DNA of 64,000 bases from Octopus sinensis (GCF_006345805.1 NC_043006.1:39494001-39558000), one strand, 5' to 3'. Positions 38,641 through 53,117 are shown, numbered from the stretch's first letter. Numbers and translations: made by a program. The notes: generated from the letters alone by a model not told the origin.

Positions 38641-39586
38641 CTAAATAATAACAGCCTCCTTTCAGCCATCTTGATTTCCCACTATATTACTATTTCACAT
38701 ATGTGTAATGATATATTAATGTTATATGAAAACATAAATGAAAGACATTATGTTTACACGAGTCTGAATTCTGAACTTCTTGTTTTTTGCTTCGTTTTGT
38801 GCTTTTTTAATCAAAACCGATGAGACATACGCACACAGCTCGTTACCACATATTTTCAGTCATTAAACAATTTCCCTCTTTCTATAATTCGAGTAAATTG
38901 CTATGAATGCGTTTCTATTTCAAATGTTGAACAGATAAATTTAAGCCGATATATAAAGCCTTATGAGAATTTGACAATTAAATTGGTTATTTATGGCCAA
39001 TACTTGGAAATTTACACGTCTGATATCACGTACAGAAGGAGTGAGATATAGATATATGCAGAGTAATATGTAAACTTTTTGTTTGATCTGCGAGATATCA
39101 TGTGATAAGAAACACGAAATGCTCTTTTATAATAGCCATATCCTAAAGCTATCACTGTATTACATGATTATAGTAACATCATTCGGTATACTAATGGGAT
39201 AAAATTTATATATGAGATGAGCGTTCCTTTCATAACATATTCAAGGATTTTATGGCAGTACTCAAGTCTGATATCAAACTTTTATTTAAAATGCTCTGCT
39301 TTAATATAAATAATGACATTACAAGTCTAAACGATTGAAAAACATTTTAATGCTTTGTGATGTTCTTGTTGAAGCTGGGTTTTTTTTGGTGCCGGTCGAT
39401 CTCTGTCCATATAATTTTAATTCCATTTTTTGTAAGCTACCTGGACTGGTTGGATGAAATAGACGGGGTTTAGTTTGTCGGTTTAATTGTGTATTTAAAG
39501 CGATGCACATACGTGCAAATACTTACATACTAACACACATACTACTACTTTCACACGGTTGGCATGTCACATAAGCAAATGCATCT

Positions 39587-39630
<44 letters not shown>

Positions 39631-39635
39631 ATATA

Positions 39636-39679
<44 letters not shown>

Positions 39680-39741
39680 AGATATGTGAATGTATGACCG
39701 CATACATATTAACATATGTAAATGTAGATAGGTATATGTAC

Positions 39742-39805
<64 letters not shown>

Positions 39806-39883
39806 GATATATATATATATACATAAAGATATGTGAATGTATGACCGCATACATATTAACATATGTAAATGTAGATAGGTATA

Positions 39884-39919
<36 letters not shown>

Positions 39920-40025
39920 TATATATATATATATGGTCGCCATGATAGTTCGTTCGCCACTACACACATTTTCTTCTCTCCTTGATTTTTTCTGTGTCCC
40001 TTTCTGTAGAAGAGCGTAGGCTCCT

Positions 40026-40078
40026 AACAAAACTGTCTGATGAACGGCAACGAGAAACTCAGAGTAACAGATTTTGTT
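40026..40078 (+). ncRNA. Type I hammerhead ribozyme motif (family B), copy 1
   Basis: AACAAAA-CTGT-CTGATGA-A-CG-GCAA-CG-A-GAA-ACTC-A-GAGT-A-ACAG-A-TTTTGTT: canonical core, GUA site, 4+7-bp helix I, GNRA-capped helix II, palindromic helix III. Confidence 0.75.
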
Positions 40079-40111
40079 GAATTTTCTGCTGCTTAAAATA
40101 AAGTATATATA

Positions 40112-40213
<102 letters not shown>

Positions 40214-40302
40214 TCGCCATGATAGTTCGTTCGCCACTACACACATTTTCTTCTCTCCTTGATTTTTTCTGTGTCCCTTTCTGTAGAAGAGCGTAGGCTC
40301 CT

Positions 40303-40355
40303 AACAAAACTGTCTGATGAACGGCAACGAGAAACTCAGAGTAACAGATTTTGTT
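40303..40355 (+). ncRNA. Type I hammerhead ribozyme motif (family B), copy 2
   Basis: Identical to 40026-40078. Confidence 0.75.
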
Positions 40356-40378
40356 GAATATTCTGCTGCTTAAAATAA

Positions 40379-40426
<48 letters not shown>

Positions 40427-41154
40427 GCATGTATGTATATATGTGTATATATGTATATATGTATATGAGAGGTTTCATGCACGGTTCAGACAGAACTACA
40501 AATCCTTATTCAAAAAGCAAATATTTTCATTTAGCTGCAAAGCGTCCAAAGCGACTCGACAGCCCACAGTTTCGTGTGTAGCACCTGATCAAATTATGCA
40601 TCTGTCTATTAAGCCATCTTTTTGATTTATTCCTAATTATGCTTCCTTATCTCTCTTTCTCTTAATTTTTCTTCATTTCATTTGTTTCTCTCATTTTCAA
40701 TCTTTCACGTCTCCACGAAATTCTTTTCTCCCAACACTTTTTCCCTTTTTCTTTTCTTTTTCACATCCTTACACCCACGTTCTTCATTCGCCATTGTGAC
40801 TTCTTTCGCACCCAATCTCCCTCTCCCTTTACTGTCCCTCCATCTCTGACTCTCACTCCCTTGCGCTCTATGTCTCCCTCTCTCTTTCACCCTCCCCCGA
40901 CTCTTTCTCTGTTTTCAACACTCCTTTGACTACCTCCTACTCCAGGGAGCAACTTCATTTTGTTCCTCTACCCCAACTCTTCCCATTACTCTTACACTAC
41001 ACCTGTGCAATGTTAGACAGACATCGTCTGTTTAATTGAATAAAATCGAAGTCATTGAAGCAGACGACACACTAATTTGGCGGATTAAGGGCAGCGCCTA
41101 CTTCAGCCCACTACACCATGATTTTGTTCTTGTGAGAGGGATTCAAATAATTCT

Positions 41155-41760
41155 AATGGTGATGAAATCAGCGGTGGAGGACGCAGTGTAGGTCGCAGCG
41201 CTAGCAGTATTGTTGCTGGTAGTGGTAGTAGTGGTGGTGATGATGGTGGTAGTGGTAGTGGTAGTGATGGTGGTACTAGTAGTGATAATGGTGGTGTTGG
41301 TGGTACTAGTGGTAGAGATGACGGTGGTGGTTGGTGGTTGTGACTGTGGCAAGGTTGTGTTTGTTGCTGCGGTTGAGAATGGCGAATAGTCCTGCTAATA
41401 TTGATAGTATTTGCTTGGACATTTCTGCCATGGTTGAGGTGGAGGTATTCATTTTGGTAATGAAATTCCTGTGAATTTAGTTGTCTTGTTACAGAGAAGT
41501 AGTTGAGGTTATAACAGGTGGATGATATCAACGGGGTGACGGTGACGGTGGCGGCGGCGATGGTGGTGGTGGTGACGATGATGATGATGTTGATGGCGGT
41601 GGTGATGGTAGTGGTAGTGTTGAAATGATGGATAGTAGATGGTAGTGGTGGTGGTGGTGTTGGTTGTGGTGGTGGTGGTGGTGGTGATGATGGTGGTAGT
41701 GGTAGTGTTGAAATGATGGATAGTAGATGGTAGTGGTGGTGGTGGTGGTGGTGGTAGTGG

Positions 41761-41798
<38 letters not shown>

Positions 41799-41801
41799 TT
41801 G

Positions 41802-41833
<32 letters not shown>

Positions 41834-41865
41834 GGTGTTGGTTGTGGTGGTGGTGTTTGGTGGAG
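41155..41865. repeat. Degenerate (GGT)n/(GAT)n/(GTT)n array
   Basis: Directly visible; source of the 263-aa low-complexity ORF. Confidence 0.9.
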
Positions 41866-42149
41866 GTGGATGCCCTGGAATTAGTTTTCAACAAGGAACA
41901 TCATTAATGTGATCAAGTCTTTGAGTAGAAAATACTTCAGGGCGTGTAAGCGTGTGTAGGCAACTGTGAATGCGCGTGCACGTGTGTGTATGTGTTTGTA
42001 TGTGTATTTGAGGGTGTGTATGTAAGTGTGTGTATGTACTTGTGAATGTTTAAGTGTGTGTGTGAATATGTACAAAGCAGTATAGTTGAAAACCGTACAC
42101 ACATCAGTGCGTATAAATCATCAACTGCGCGTGTTTACGACTCGTAGAT

Positions 42150-42740
42150 GTGCATCACGCACACACACACGCACTCATACACAGACACACATACACACAT
42201 AATTATACACACACGCACAAACACACACACATACATAAACTTACATATATACGCACATACACACATACATTCACACACACACACTCATACACAGATATAC
42301 ACACATACACAAATATACATGCACAAACATACATACACAAGCACATAAACACACACACGCATGTACACACATGCACACTCACTGATACACATACATACAC
42401 ACACGTACACAGATACACATGCATACACATACATATATACACACATACACATGCACGCACACGCATATACACATATACACACACGTTCACACATACATAC
42501 TCATACACACATACACAAATATATATGCACACACACACATACACACACATACACACGCAAACACGTTCACATATACATATACACAAATACACATATATAC
42601 ACACATGAATACACATGCTCATACATATACCTACATACACACGTACATAAACATACACCTTCACGCATATACACACATACACCCACTCATACACAAATAT
42701 ACATGTACACACATACTCATACACAAATACACACTCATGT
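42150..42740. repeat. Degenerate CA-rich simple repeat
   Basis: Directly visible. Confidence 0.9.
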
Positions 42741-42899
42741 GTCTACGGAATACTCAGCCTCTTCGGACGCCCATTCAATTTGTGCAGACGAATGAACTAC
42801 TAGAGGCTCAGACTGCAAAACCGAGGTAGATTCCATCTCGTAAATACACACACACACACACACACATACACACACGCATACATATATATATTCTATTAT

Positions 42900-43220
42900 T
42901 CTTTTACTTGTTTCAGACATTTGACTGTGGCCATTCTGGAGCACCACCACAAAGGGTGATTTTTTATTCGAAGAAATCGACCCTAGGACTTATTATTTCT
43001 CAGACTAGTACTTATTGCATCGGTCTCTTTTGCCGAACCACTAAGTTACGGGGACATAAGCATACCAACATCAGAACATCAGGTGTCAAGCGATGGCGGG
43101 GATACAAACACAGACACAAAGACACACACACACATACATATTTACAAGATACATATATATATATATATGACAAGCTTCTTTCAGTTTCCGTCTACCAGAT
43201 CTACTCACAACGCTTTGGCA
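42900..43220 (-). mobile_element. SINE family S1 (5'-truncated)
   Basis: Tail, middle and the start of the head are recognisable. Confidence 0.85.
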
Positions 43221-43369
43221 GCGATACATATATACATATATCCATCCATCCATCGATACGTACATACATACATACATACATACATACATACATACACACA
43301 TACATACATACATACATACATACATACATACATACATACATACAAACATACACACACACGCACACACAC

Positions 43370-43730
43370 ATATAATTAGCCAGTTTCTTCTCCGGCGTCC
43401 AGCAATCGAAGCCTTAGTAAGAATCTTCAAATTCGTCTGTGATGTGCTGCATACAACATGGCTCTTGGTTTCTGTCCGTTCAATGACGTCATTAGTCAAC
43501 AAACGTCTTTCACGGCCTTTTGAGCATTTCCCCTCCAATTTCCTGTACGGAAGTGCCGCATTGTATGGCCAAAATAAGATAACTTTCTTGACTTGATTCC
43601 CGACAACAGATACCTTTGGATTTTCAGCTTCTCTCGCACTATAACTTCTGTTTCCCCTTGTATCCATCTCATAAGAATTAATCTTCTTAATCTATTGCTC
43701 TGTACATTATCCATTTGTCTGCTTCGTAGA
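43370..43730 (-). mobile_element. RTE-like LINE 3' fragment
   Basis: LLSGIKSRKLSYFGHTMRH...LEGKCSKGRERRLLTNDVIE. Confidence 0.75.
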
Positions 43731-43734
43731 GAAT

Positions 43735-44340
43735 TACTAGGCTGAGGGAAAAGTTCGTGCGCCGTGTTAAAATAATGAATTTTTTATACAAGAATTTATT
43801 CAAAAACAGCAACAACTGTTCTTCAAAATAAAGACTGTCATTTTCCATGATCTCCTGCCAATGATCTGGAAGTACCAAACCTTTGGATTTGAATCGAAAA
43901 CTTCCTGACAGGCTTCTTCAACTTCATCGAATGACTCAAATCGGCGACCTTTCATAAAGTGCTACATTGATCGAAAGAGACCGTAGTCAGATTGAGCAAC
44001 GTCTGGACTATAGGCTTGATGCGGCAGAACTTCCACACTGTCCAATTCCTCACTCTTATTGCTGGTCTTTCTGGCGGTGTGCGGCTTTGCATTCTTTTAT
44101 AGAAACAAAGCGCGTTTTCGATGAACAAGTCTTGGGTACTTTTCGACCAACGCATCGTAGACTCGACCAAGATGCACGCAGTAAAGTTCAGCGTTGATGG
44201 CGCGACCATTCGGCAATCGTTCGGCGGACAAACCTTTTACTCAACATAATATTTGCATAACATAATAGCTTCGTAGCCTCAATTTTAGGTGCAGTGTCAT
44301 ATATTTTGAGTTCAAATGTTTTCAATTCTTATTTATGTAA
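43735..44340 (-). pseudogene. mariner transposase relic (C-terminal catalytic region) with one terminus
   Basis: NAKPHTARKT...VLPHQAYSPDVAQSDYGLFRSM*HFMKGRRF...LPDHWQEIMENDSLYFE matches the mariner HDNARPH and YSPDLAPSDY motifs. Confidence 0.88.
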
Positions 44341-44429
44341 GTTTTACAATTACTTATGCTTTGAGTAACGTAAATTATACACAGCAAGCGTCCTGACTAA
44401 TTATACAAAAATTTAGATAATGAACTTAC

Positions 44430-44960
44430 TGTATACAGTGCTCAAGTGCACTACAATTCATCAGAAAATGTTGCCGAAGGTGCATGAAGAGTACAGAGAA
44501 TAATGCACAGAAAGTAGACATGGAATGCATCATGAAAAAAATGTGGGAGCATCAAGTGTGCTGTGAATTTTGATAAACATGGAAATCTTGAAGGCTGTAG
44601 TGATTTGACAGCTAACAATTTATGAAGGTAGTTTATTCCGTGCTTCAGCAATTCCGTACATGAAAAACTGTCTCTGAAAATCATGGGTGCTATGTTGAAT
44701 TTTGATTTTGTAAGTATGTCCATAAAAGGTGCACAAATCTGTTGTTGGCAAAACGGTTGATAATCTTGTGGGTGTCGTCTATCAAGTAATTGGCTAAATG
44801 TCGGAGATTTAAATTGTCTACGCCAAGAGAAGTAAGGCGTTCAAAGTAAAGCAGATGTCTGATAGCGAGGATTCTGCTGATAGCAACTATTCGTCTGGTT
44901 TCGGAACAGTGTCCTGGTGATTGATATGTTGAGCAAGATAGGGGTTCCACTCTGATGATG
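44430..44960 (-). mobile_element. CR1-group LINE 3' fragment (second family)
   Basis: HLLYFERLTSLGVDNLNLRHLA...THKIIN and RIAEARNKLPS*IVSC motifs. Confidence 0.75.
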
Positions 44961-47365
44961 CAAACTCTAAGTGTGGCCGTGCCATAGGCTTATACAGCTT
45001 TAAATTGATATCTCGAGAGAGGCTGACAAAAGTCTTATTGACTGATGCTAAAACGTCCTCAGCCATCTTGAAAAATTTAGACTTGTCGTATGTCCACGCA
45101 TACCCCTGTTGATCATAATGCCCAGGACTTGTCCTAAATATTTAAAGCATTTTAATTCTTCATACTTCTGTCCATCTTTTATACTTGCCTGTTAGTGACC
45201 ATTGTCCTTGTCTTTTATACATTAATATTTAAACCTTTCTTGTCGCTTTGGTCGTTTGTAGTATCAAAAATTTCTTGTATCTTCTCATTGCTTTCTGACA
45301 AATATGGTGTATCGATGCATATCTTCTATTGTTTACGTTCCAGCTAGTGAGTGACTTCTTTGATCTTATCCAGTTCTGAATATTTATCAGTGCGTGGAAC
45401 GAAAATGCAGCCATCAAAATACACTAGGAATTGTTATAACCAGTAGTTATCTAAAAAGAACGAGAAATTGTAAGACAAGAGACAAGGATTTTTGTTATCA
45501 CGATAACTATTTAATATCTATATATTCAGTGAGTCTCACTCTCTCCCTATATGTGTGTGTGTATAGAGAGAGGGGTAGGGAGTGTGATACAGCGAGGGAC
45601 AGATGGACTATATATGTGTGTGTGTGTAAATACATACATACATATGCATATACACATCATATGTATATATATATATATATATATAATATATATATATATA
45701 TATAATATATATATATATAATATACACGTGTGTGTGTGTGTAAATACATACATACATGTGCATACATGTGTATATACACATCATGAATATTTATATGTAT
45801 ATATATATATATACACACGTGTGTGCGTGTACATACATACGTTATGTATATCCATCCATACATACATGAACATACATGTGTACATAAACATGGTGAGCAT
45901 TTTTACACACACACATACATATACAGACACTCGCATGTGTGTGTGTATGTATGTATGAAAATGTGAAAACTTGATCTGTCACATAATAGATACTAACAAT
46001 CAGCGCTAAGATAGGACGAAGAGCTTAAAACCCAGCATTGACTGAAATAATACAGGATCCGCTGAAATAAGCAATGGCTATAGGCAATGTACAGGTCAAG
46101 CCAATGTGACTATATTAAGATAAAAAAAACGGACTGGTAGTACAAGGCATCAGGTCGATTAAAAAAGAAATATTTAGTCTGCCTTGGTCGACAGATTTTT
46201 AGAGACCAGTAATGCGAAATCGTGTTATCCTCATCCTTCAAAATCACTCCACATTTATCGAAAAATCCGTGTTATTCCATACATCTACATTACTATGGGA
46301 CTTTATCATTTAATATACATGGTTTCGGTATCAGTCATTGTTCATCCGAAACAGCTGTAAAGACAAAATTATTACTTCCTTTTATTTTTCTGCCGTTTAA
46401 TTATATATATAAGCAGATAGATAGATAGACAGAGAGAGAGAGGGGGGGGGGAGAGATCGACAAATACATGCATCTACGTATACGTATACATGTGACGGAA
46501 TTCACTACAGTTTCTGTTAACCAAATTTCATTTAACTGACAAGCTGTTTGTCAGTCGGAGGCTATGGTAGAAGGCATTACTTACCGAAGGTGCTGGAAAA
46601 GCATGTAGTTGCGAAGCAAACATTCTAACTATACAACCACGCATCACAGGCATTAACGTAATCTAATTTCATCTGATGCAACTGATCTATCATCCTATTA
46701 CAAGCTGAATGTTGCTTCAGAGGAATGATTCAATTTGCTTCTTTCTGCAATAAGCTGCATACAACATAATAAAACAAAACTATGGCTGAGGCCCAATATT
46801 ACTTGGCGTATTTAAAACGAACACCCACACTATGTGGAATAAATGCTATCCTTACAAGTCCTTCATTTCATTTCTAGAACCATTCCATAATATTCTCATA
46901 CAATACCGTTGATCTATTTGAAATTATTTATACGAGTTGGCGTCTTGAAGGCAGCAAGACTAAACAAAGTTAAGTATTGTACAATACAACTATACACACC
47001 CTCTATTGAAAAAATTATCGAAAGCCAACCACGAGATCATCAAAGAATACAAGACATCTCCCTTGATGAAATAAATGGAAAGGCGTGATGCTGTGTAGTG
47101 AGGGAGTGTGTTTCGAAGAGATTGATAGAACGACATAGTCACATATCTGTGTGCCTATGTCTGCATCTGTGTATGTAAGTATGTATGGATGTGTGTGTGT
47201 ATGTATGTCTGTGGGTGTATGTGTGTGTTTCTACAGATCTATATATTTGTATGTGTATAGGCGTGCGCGCTCGAGTGTATGTGTGGAGAGAGATGTTTCA
47301 CATAGATAATGAGAAACAATACGGAACAGTGAGAAAGAGAAACAAAGCCATAGATACACACACAC

Positions 47366-47449
<84 letters not shown>

Positions 47450-47608
47450 CATGTACACACACTCAACAACAACAACAGCTCAATATGAAAGAGTAGCAGA
47501 GAATAAGAAAAGCACTGGAAGATAGAGATAATAGATGGATAGCTTGATAGATAAATGGGGAAAGCCAGAAAGTGAACGATATCGCATCTTTTTGCTCTCT
47601 TTCTTTCG

Positions 47609-47680
<72 letters not shown>

Positions 47681-48308
47681 GGACATACATATGCTCACGC
47701 TCACACATGTATACACACACGTAGTATGTATGTATGTACGTATGTATGCATATGAAGAATTGTTAAAGAAAGCAATAAGAGAGCGCGCGAAAGAGATAGG
47801 TAAAGACAGCAAGGAACGAGCGATAGATATAATGATATTCAATATGAAAGCTTGTGAAGTTCCTTTAGAAAAGAAATTTCCTTTCGAAACAATTGGTGTG
47901 TGTGATATCTGATACGTTATAAGAAATGAGATAGACTCGCGGAACAGTCGTATCAAATGGTTTTAATTGTTATTTTTATTGTTACTCTTTTCTTCGTTTT
48001 CTTTTTCCTTTTCTTCAATGTCTGCACTATTTTCTTTCTTTCCATTGTCTTTTTTTTTTTCGTTTTTCATTATTTTTTTCGTTGTTTTCTTCATATCTGT
48101 TGCTCAATAAGAATATTGAGCGGAAATTTAATAATCTCGCGGAACTGAGGACACATTGTGAAATAAAATACAAGTAGTTGGTGCAACTGCAGGATAGATG
48201 CTTCTTTCACAATTAGAGAGATCTCCTTTTGGCTGTGTCTGAATGGCAAAACTGTTGCTTAACAAAAGATTTATGATTCCGGCTATCAAGGGAGTAAACG
48301 GAACGAAG

Positions 48309-48369
48309 ATGGGTTGGAAATGGGTAGCGGAGTTATTGCTGCTGCTGCTACAGGTTGATGGCAGTCGTG
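48309..48369 (+). CDS. Candidate first coding exon with signal-peptide-like MGWKWVAELLLLLLQVDGSR|G
   Basis: Strong Kozak context (AAG ATG G), phase-1 donor G|GTGAGA at 48370, and a long upstream polypyrimidine tract (47960-48110). No homology recognised; the Leu run is a (GCT)n repeat. Confidence 0.2.
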
Positions 48370-48731
48370 GTGAGATACCGGGAAGCTTCTGTGGCATACG
48401 CACTTTACACATTTACGCACATATTTCACGTTGACGCGTATGCGTAAACTATGGCGTACATAAGCGCACACATTTTTTCTTTTCTCGGTTTTTATTAGTC
48501 CCTCAGTTATTCACATCATTTCACTACCACGCTCTTCTTCGTCTCTCACGCACACGCGCAGACACACACACGTATACATACATAGGTAAGTATACACCCA
48601 CACAGCCCATCTCTTTCAATAATTCTACATATATGTAACTATTTATATAACTATTAATTTATCATTCAACTCATCTACGTTTCTCTCTACCTCAGCATTG
48701 CTCTCTCTTCACACATACATATGCATATCTC

Positions 48732-48825
<94 letters not shown>

Positions 48826-48846
48826 CATCTATCTATCTATCTATCT

Positions 48847-50131
48847 CAGGCTCTTTGAAGACGACGGTGAACAGGTGTGGTCGCCGTTTGTGAGGCACGC
48901 TTTCCCGCAGCTCGTCTCCATGACCGAACTGCAGTCGTGGATCAAAAAGAGGCCGAGGAAGAACGGATGGCACCGCGAGTGTCGCGTTGCTCTCAAGCAA
49001 CTCTGCCGTCCTGGGTCGACCTTGAGTGACTTCAACACAACCAAAGCATTCTATAGGGGATTAGTGGAGGGGAGGTACGACGACGAGCTCGGGACGAACC
49101 TGGACGTCGACGAGGAGTACCTGACCCGCCTGTTCAGGACGACTTTCGGGCCAGGGCCCATAGACAACTTCCAGAGATCCCTGGCCTGTCAGTGCTACCG
49201 AGAAGCGCTACCCGTTCGGGATAAGCTCTACAGACACGGCTCGAGAAACACGGGACCGACCTGCCCGAGATGCGGTCAGAGCGACGAAACCGTTCTACAC
49301 GCACTCGTGCAGTGTCCAACAATTTCCGACCTGTGGGCTTATGTCGAACAACTGCTGTCACGTGTGGGACGAGTCGGTTTATCAGCTGAGTCTATCGTCA
49401 ATATTGTCACGCCTCCTTCCTTCAAACGGGAAGGAAGAGCTATTTTCATCATCCTTGTGGCTATGGCGAAAGAATGTATCTGGTGGACGCGTCTGAAAGG
49501 ATTGGAGACAAACACTTTCCTCTCTGGTCAATCTCTCATCAACTTCTTCAAGTACCACTTGAAAAGGAAAGTGAGAGTAGAGAGGCAAGTTTTGTCTAGC
49601 GAATGTTTGAAAAAAAGATGGGTGAATGTAGCAAGGATGGCACGTATGAATGACGAAGCCACCTTGAGCATAATCCTATGAACCCAGAAATTGAAAGCAG
49701 AGGGTTACCCACTTGCAAACAAATGTGGTAACATATAACAATATTGACCAAGGTTACCGTGGTCTTTTTCGTAGGCTTTTCTTCCCACGGATAAACCTTA
49801 CTTGCTTTCCCCTTTACACCATATATCATAACACTGTGATACACGATCCCTATTGATCGTTTCTTTTTCCTCTTCCCCTTTTTTCCCTTTTGTTCTTCTT
49901 TTTCATTTCTCTTTTCTTTTGTTCCTTTTCCTTTTCTTTTTTTTCTTTTTTTCTTTTTTATTTTATTTATTTCTTTTTTTTGTTCTTTTCTTCCCTTTTA
50001 CGATCCCTCTTGATCGAAAACCTACGCCACCCCCTTTTTTTGTTTGTTTTTTTTTTCATCCCCCAAAAGAAAAGCTCTACCTTGTAACTTGTCCCATCTG
50101 TATGCAGCCCTGTGTGGCCAATAAAGAAACT
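48847..50131 (+). mobile_element. Tx1/L1-clade LINE 3' end (ORF2 C-terminus with zf-RVT, plus 3' UTR)
   Basis: Open frame to 49681 with CPRCGQSDETVLHALVQC and IWWTRL motifs; T-rich UTR, AATAAA, and (TATC)n on both sides. Confidence 0.9.
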
Positions 50132-50557
50132 TATCTATCTATCTATCTGTCTGTCTATCTATTTGTCTGTGTATCTGTTTGATTATCTGTCTGTCTATCT
50201 ATCTATTTGTCTGTCTATCTATTTGTCTGTCTATGTATCTATCTATCTATGTATCTATCTAGTGTGTGAATGCTCAAAATAAGGAGTAGACAGACAGCCA
50301 ACAACTGATGAAGGGTTGTTGTCTGTGTTTACTTGCCCTACTTTCCATCTTTTCTCTCGTTGTTTGCGTATTCAACTCGTTGTTTTTCCTACTTCATGTT
50401 TTTTGCAGAGTTGTTGATGCCCTGTACTCATACACACATATATATATATGTTATATATACATATATATATATATATTATATACATATATATAATATACAT
50501 ATATAATATACATATACATAATATACATATATATATTATATACATACACACATATAC

Positions 50558-50601
<44 letters not shown>

Positions 50602-51165
50602 ATATATATATATATATATATTATATATAATATATATATATATATATAGATATATATATGGCGGGCTTTCACTAAGTTACTGTCAAAGAAATACATTCAT
50701 TAAGCAGTGATCGACCCAGGGCTATAGCAGAAGACATTTGTCCAATGTCAAACGCTGTGAGACTATCCTTGAATCCACATGGTAGAGCAGCGAACTTCTT
50801 AGCTCCACAGTCATTCCTACGCCTGGAGATTTCTCGAGTTTACCTTCAATTCTCATTTGAAGCGAATGACAACTGCTACTAGCTGTTTATTTCCTCCCTC
50901 TCCAAGTAAAGACAATTTCAATAAATCAAGAAGAATTCAACCAATAAAACATCTTGTATACCTATACTCTTCCTTGTCACTCACATCCATGTGATCGGGT
51001 TCACTGAATTATTTCTCAAAGCTCATTTTGTTTTACACACACACACAGATACACACTCACACATGTATGTATGTATGTATGTATGTATGTATGTATGTAT
51101 GTATGTATGTATGTATGTATGTATGTATGTATGCATGCATGTATGCATGCCTATCTATCTATCTA

Positions 51166-51224
<59 letters not shown>

Positions 51225-51264
51225 ATAGCGTATATATATATATATATATACATATATATATAGC

Positions 51265-51297
<33 letters not shown>

Positions 51298-51307
51298 TAC
51301 ATATATA

Positions 51308-51673
51308 CTCTCTTTTACTTGTTTCAGTTATGTGAATGTGGCCATGATGGAGCACCGCCTTTAGTCGAGCAAATCGATCCCCGGACTTATTCTTTGTAAG
51401 CCTAATACTTATTCTATCAGTCTCTTTTGCCGAACCGCTAAGTTACGGGGACATAAATACACCAGCATCGGTTGTCAAGCGACACACACACACATATAGA
51501 CACACATACACATATATACATATATACGACGGGCTTCTTTCAATTTCCGTCTACCAAATCCACTCACAAGGCTTTGGTCGGCCTGAGGCTATAGTAGATG
51601 ACACTTGTCCAATGTGCCACGCAGTGGAATTGAACCCGAAACCATGTGGTTCGTAAGCAAACTACTTACCACA
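51308..51673 (-). mobile_element. SINE family S1, full length
   Basis: Near-consensus S1. Confidence 0.92.
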
Positions 51674-51774
51674 GTATGTATGTATGTAGGTAGGTACATA
51701 TGTGTGCATCTGTTTATGCGCGTTCTGGCTCATAGTAAGTTTCAGTTTACTGTGGTGGTCGAAAAAAGTGTCGA

Positions 51775-52215
51775 CAAGCTTTATTCTCTCCAACGCTGCC
51801 GGGAGCGCTACATCATCTGCATGATGTGGGAAATATTCCATCAGCATTACCCAAATGATGTTGGCATCGTCATTAAGACACGCCCGAGACCTCGTCCTAT
51901 CCGCTCTCAACATAAATTATACTCGCATCACATAACAACAACACGGCACAATTATTTCACCTCAATTGGCCCCGCTCTCTTTAACACATTAAAGCAGAAA
52001 CAGAGCCCATAAAGTTTGAGAAGTCTTTGGACAAATTCCTCCAAAAATTCCTGGATAAACTACCAACACCCGGATATGTCTCCATAAGCAATAACTTTCC
52101 CCTCGAGTGGGCCATGTTGTCCGATTCCTGATTTGAATGACTTTGCCAGGTGGTACTATTAACTTAGAAATCGCCAGGGCGAGTACTGGCCGAAACCTAT
52201 CAATGTAAGTATAAG
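51775..52215 (+). mobile_element. CR1-group LINE 3' end
   Basis: KLYSLQRCRERYIICMMW...GPALFN; tail ggtggtactattaac...gccag/ctggc-cgaaac parallels 28681-28730. Confidence 0.85.
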
Positions 52216-52559
52216 ATACATGGACACCGTGTGTGATTCTTAGGAAGGTCAAAAGGTTAATATTTGCAATGTTAAATGTATCACCACTAGCTTAATTTTC
52301 TTGATAATGTCTAGTAATGTTACGTGAGACAATTATGACAAATCTTCAGATATCGTGATTGTTAAGCATTTGTAACTTATTCGCAGATCTTTAATAGTTA
52401 TCTTTGTTGTTCGTGATAGGAAGTAGTTTTGCCAGATTGCTTTCTATTCTTATGAGCTCTGATGCTTTTTCATGTGACCGACGTATGATATGTGTTGTAA
52501 TAAAGAATTCGTCTTACAGCCATATGCGACTTAACTAACAAGGCGAAGAAGTACACGTA

Positions 52560-52830
52560 GATAGGTCAACGTCTTGTATTCTCATATTGATGAAGCGCTG
52601 TCTCTTACAAAAATATGCAACACTAGATGGATCAATAAACAAAACTATGAAATAATCACTATTCAGTAGCACATTGTCTTCATATTTTTCAATAGAAATA
52701 TGTAGGGTCACTACAAATCAATATACAGAACACTTTCCTTTAACATGCTACATGAAGACGATATGTTCAATACTTTCTCAACGATTTTAATATGCTTCAG
52801 AAAAATCATGGCTTTAACAGCTCTATATGT
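52560..52830 (-). mobile_element. Old LINE reverse-transcriptase fragment
   Basis: NISSSCSMLKESVLYIDL resembles the RT xxYxDLxKAFD region; highly decayed. Confidence 0.45.
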
Positions 52831-53117
52831 ATGTATGTATGTATAAATCAAAGCAACTTCATATACTATGAACATACGCGTGTGCATATGTGTATATGTA
52901 TATATACACACACACTCTTACATACAAACGTACACAAGCACACAGACATATACATGCATGAAGATTTAGATACGTACAAACATTTGTGATCATGTATATA
53001 TACATACGCACACATGCTTTAAGTATAAAAATATATCCATACGTATTTATATACTTGAAACATGTTTCACAACAACCCATCTGTACATACATACATATAT
53101 ACTCATATATTTGTATG

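Noticed and set aside
41103-41894. 263-aa His/Pro/Thr-rich ORF
   Set aside because: Almost entirely triplet repeats; no domain motif.
48138-48180. CTGAGGA-CAC-ATT-GTGAAA as a hammerhead
   Set aside because: No compatible helix I or III.
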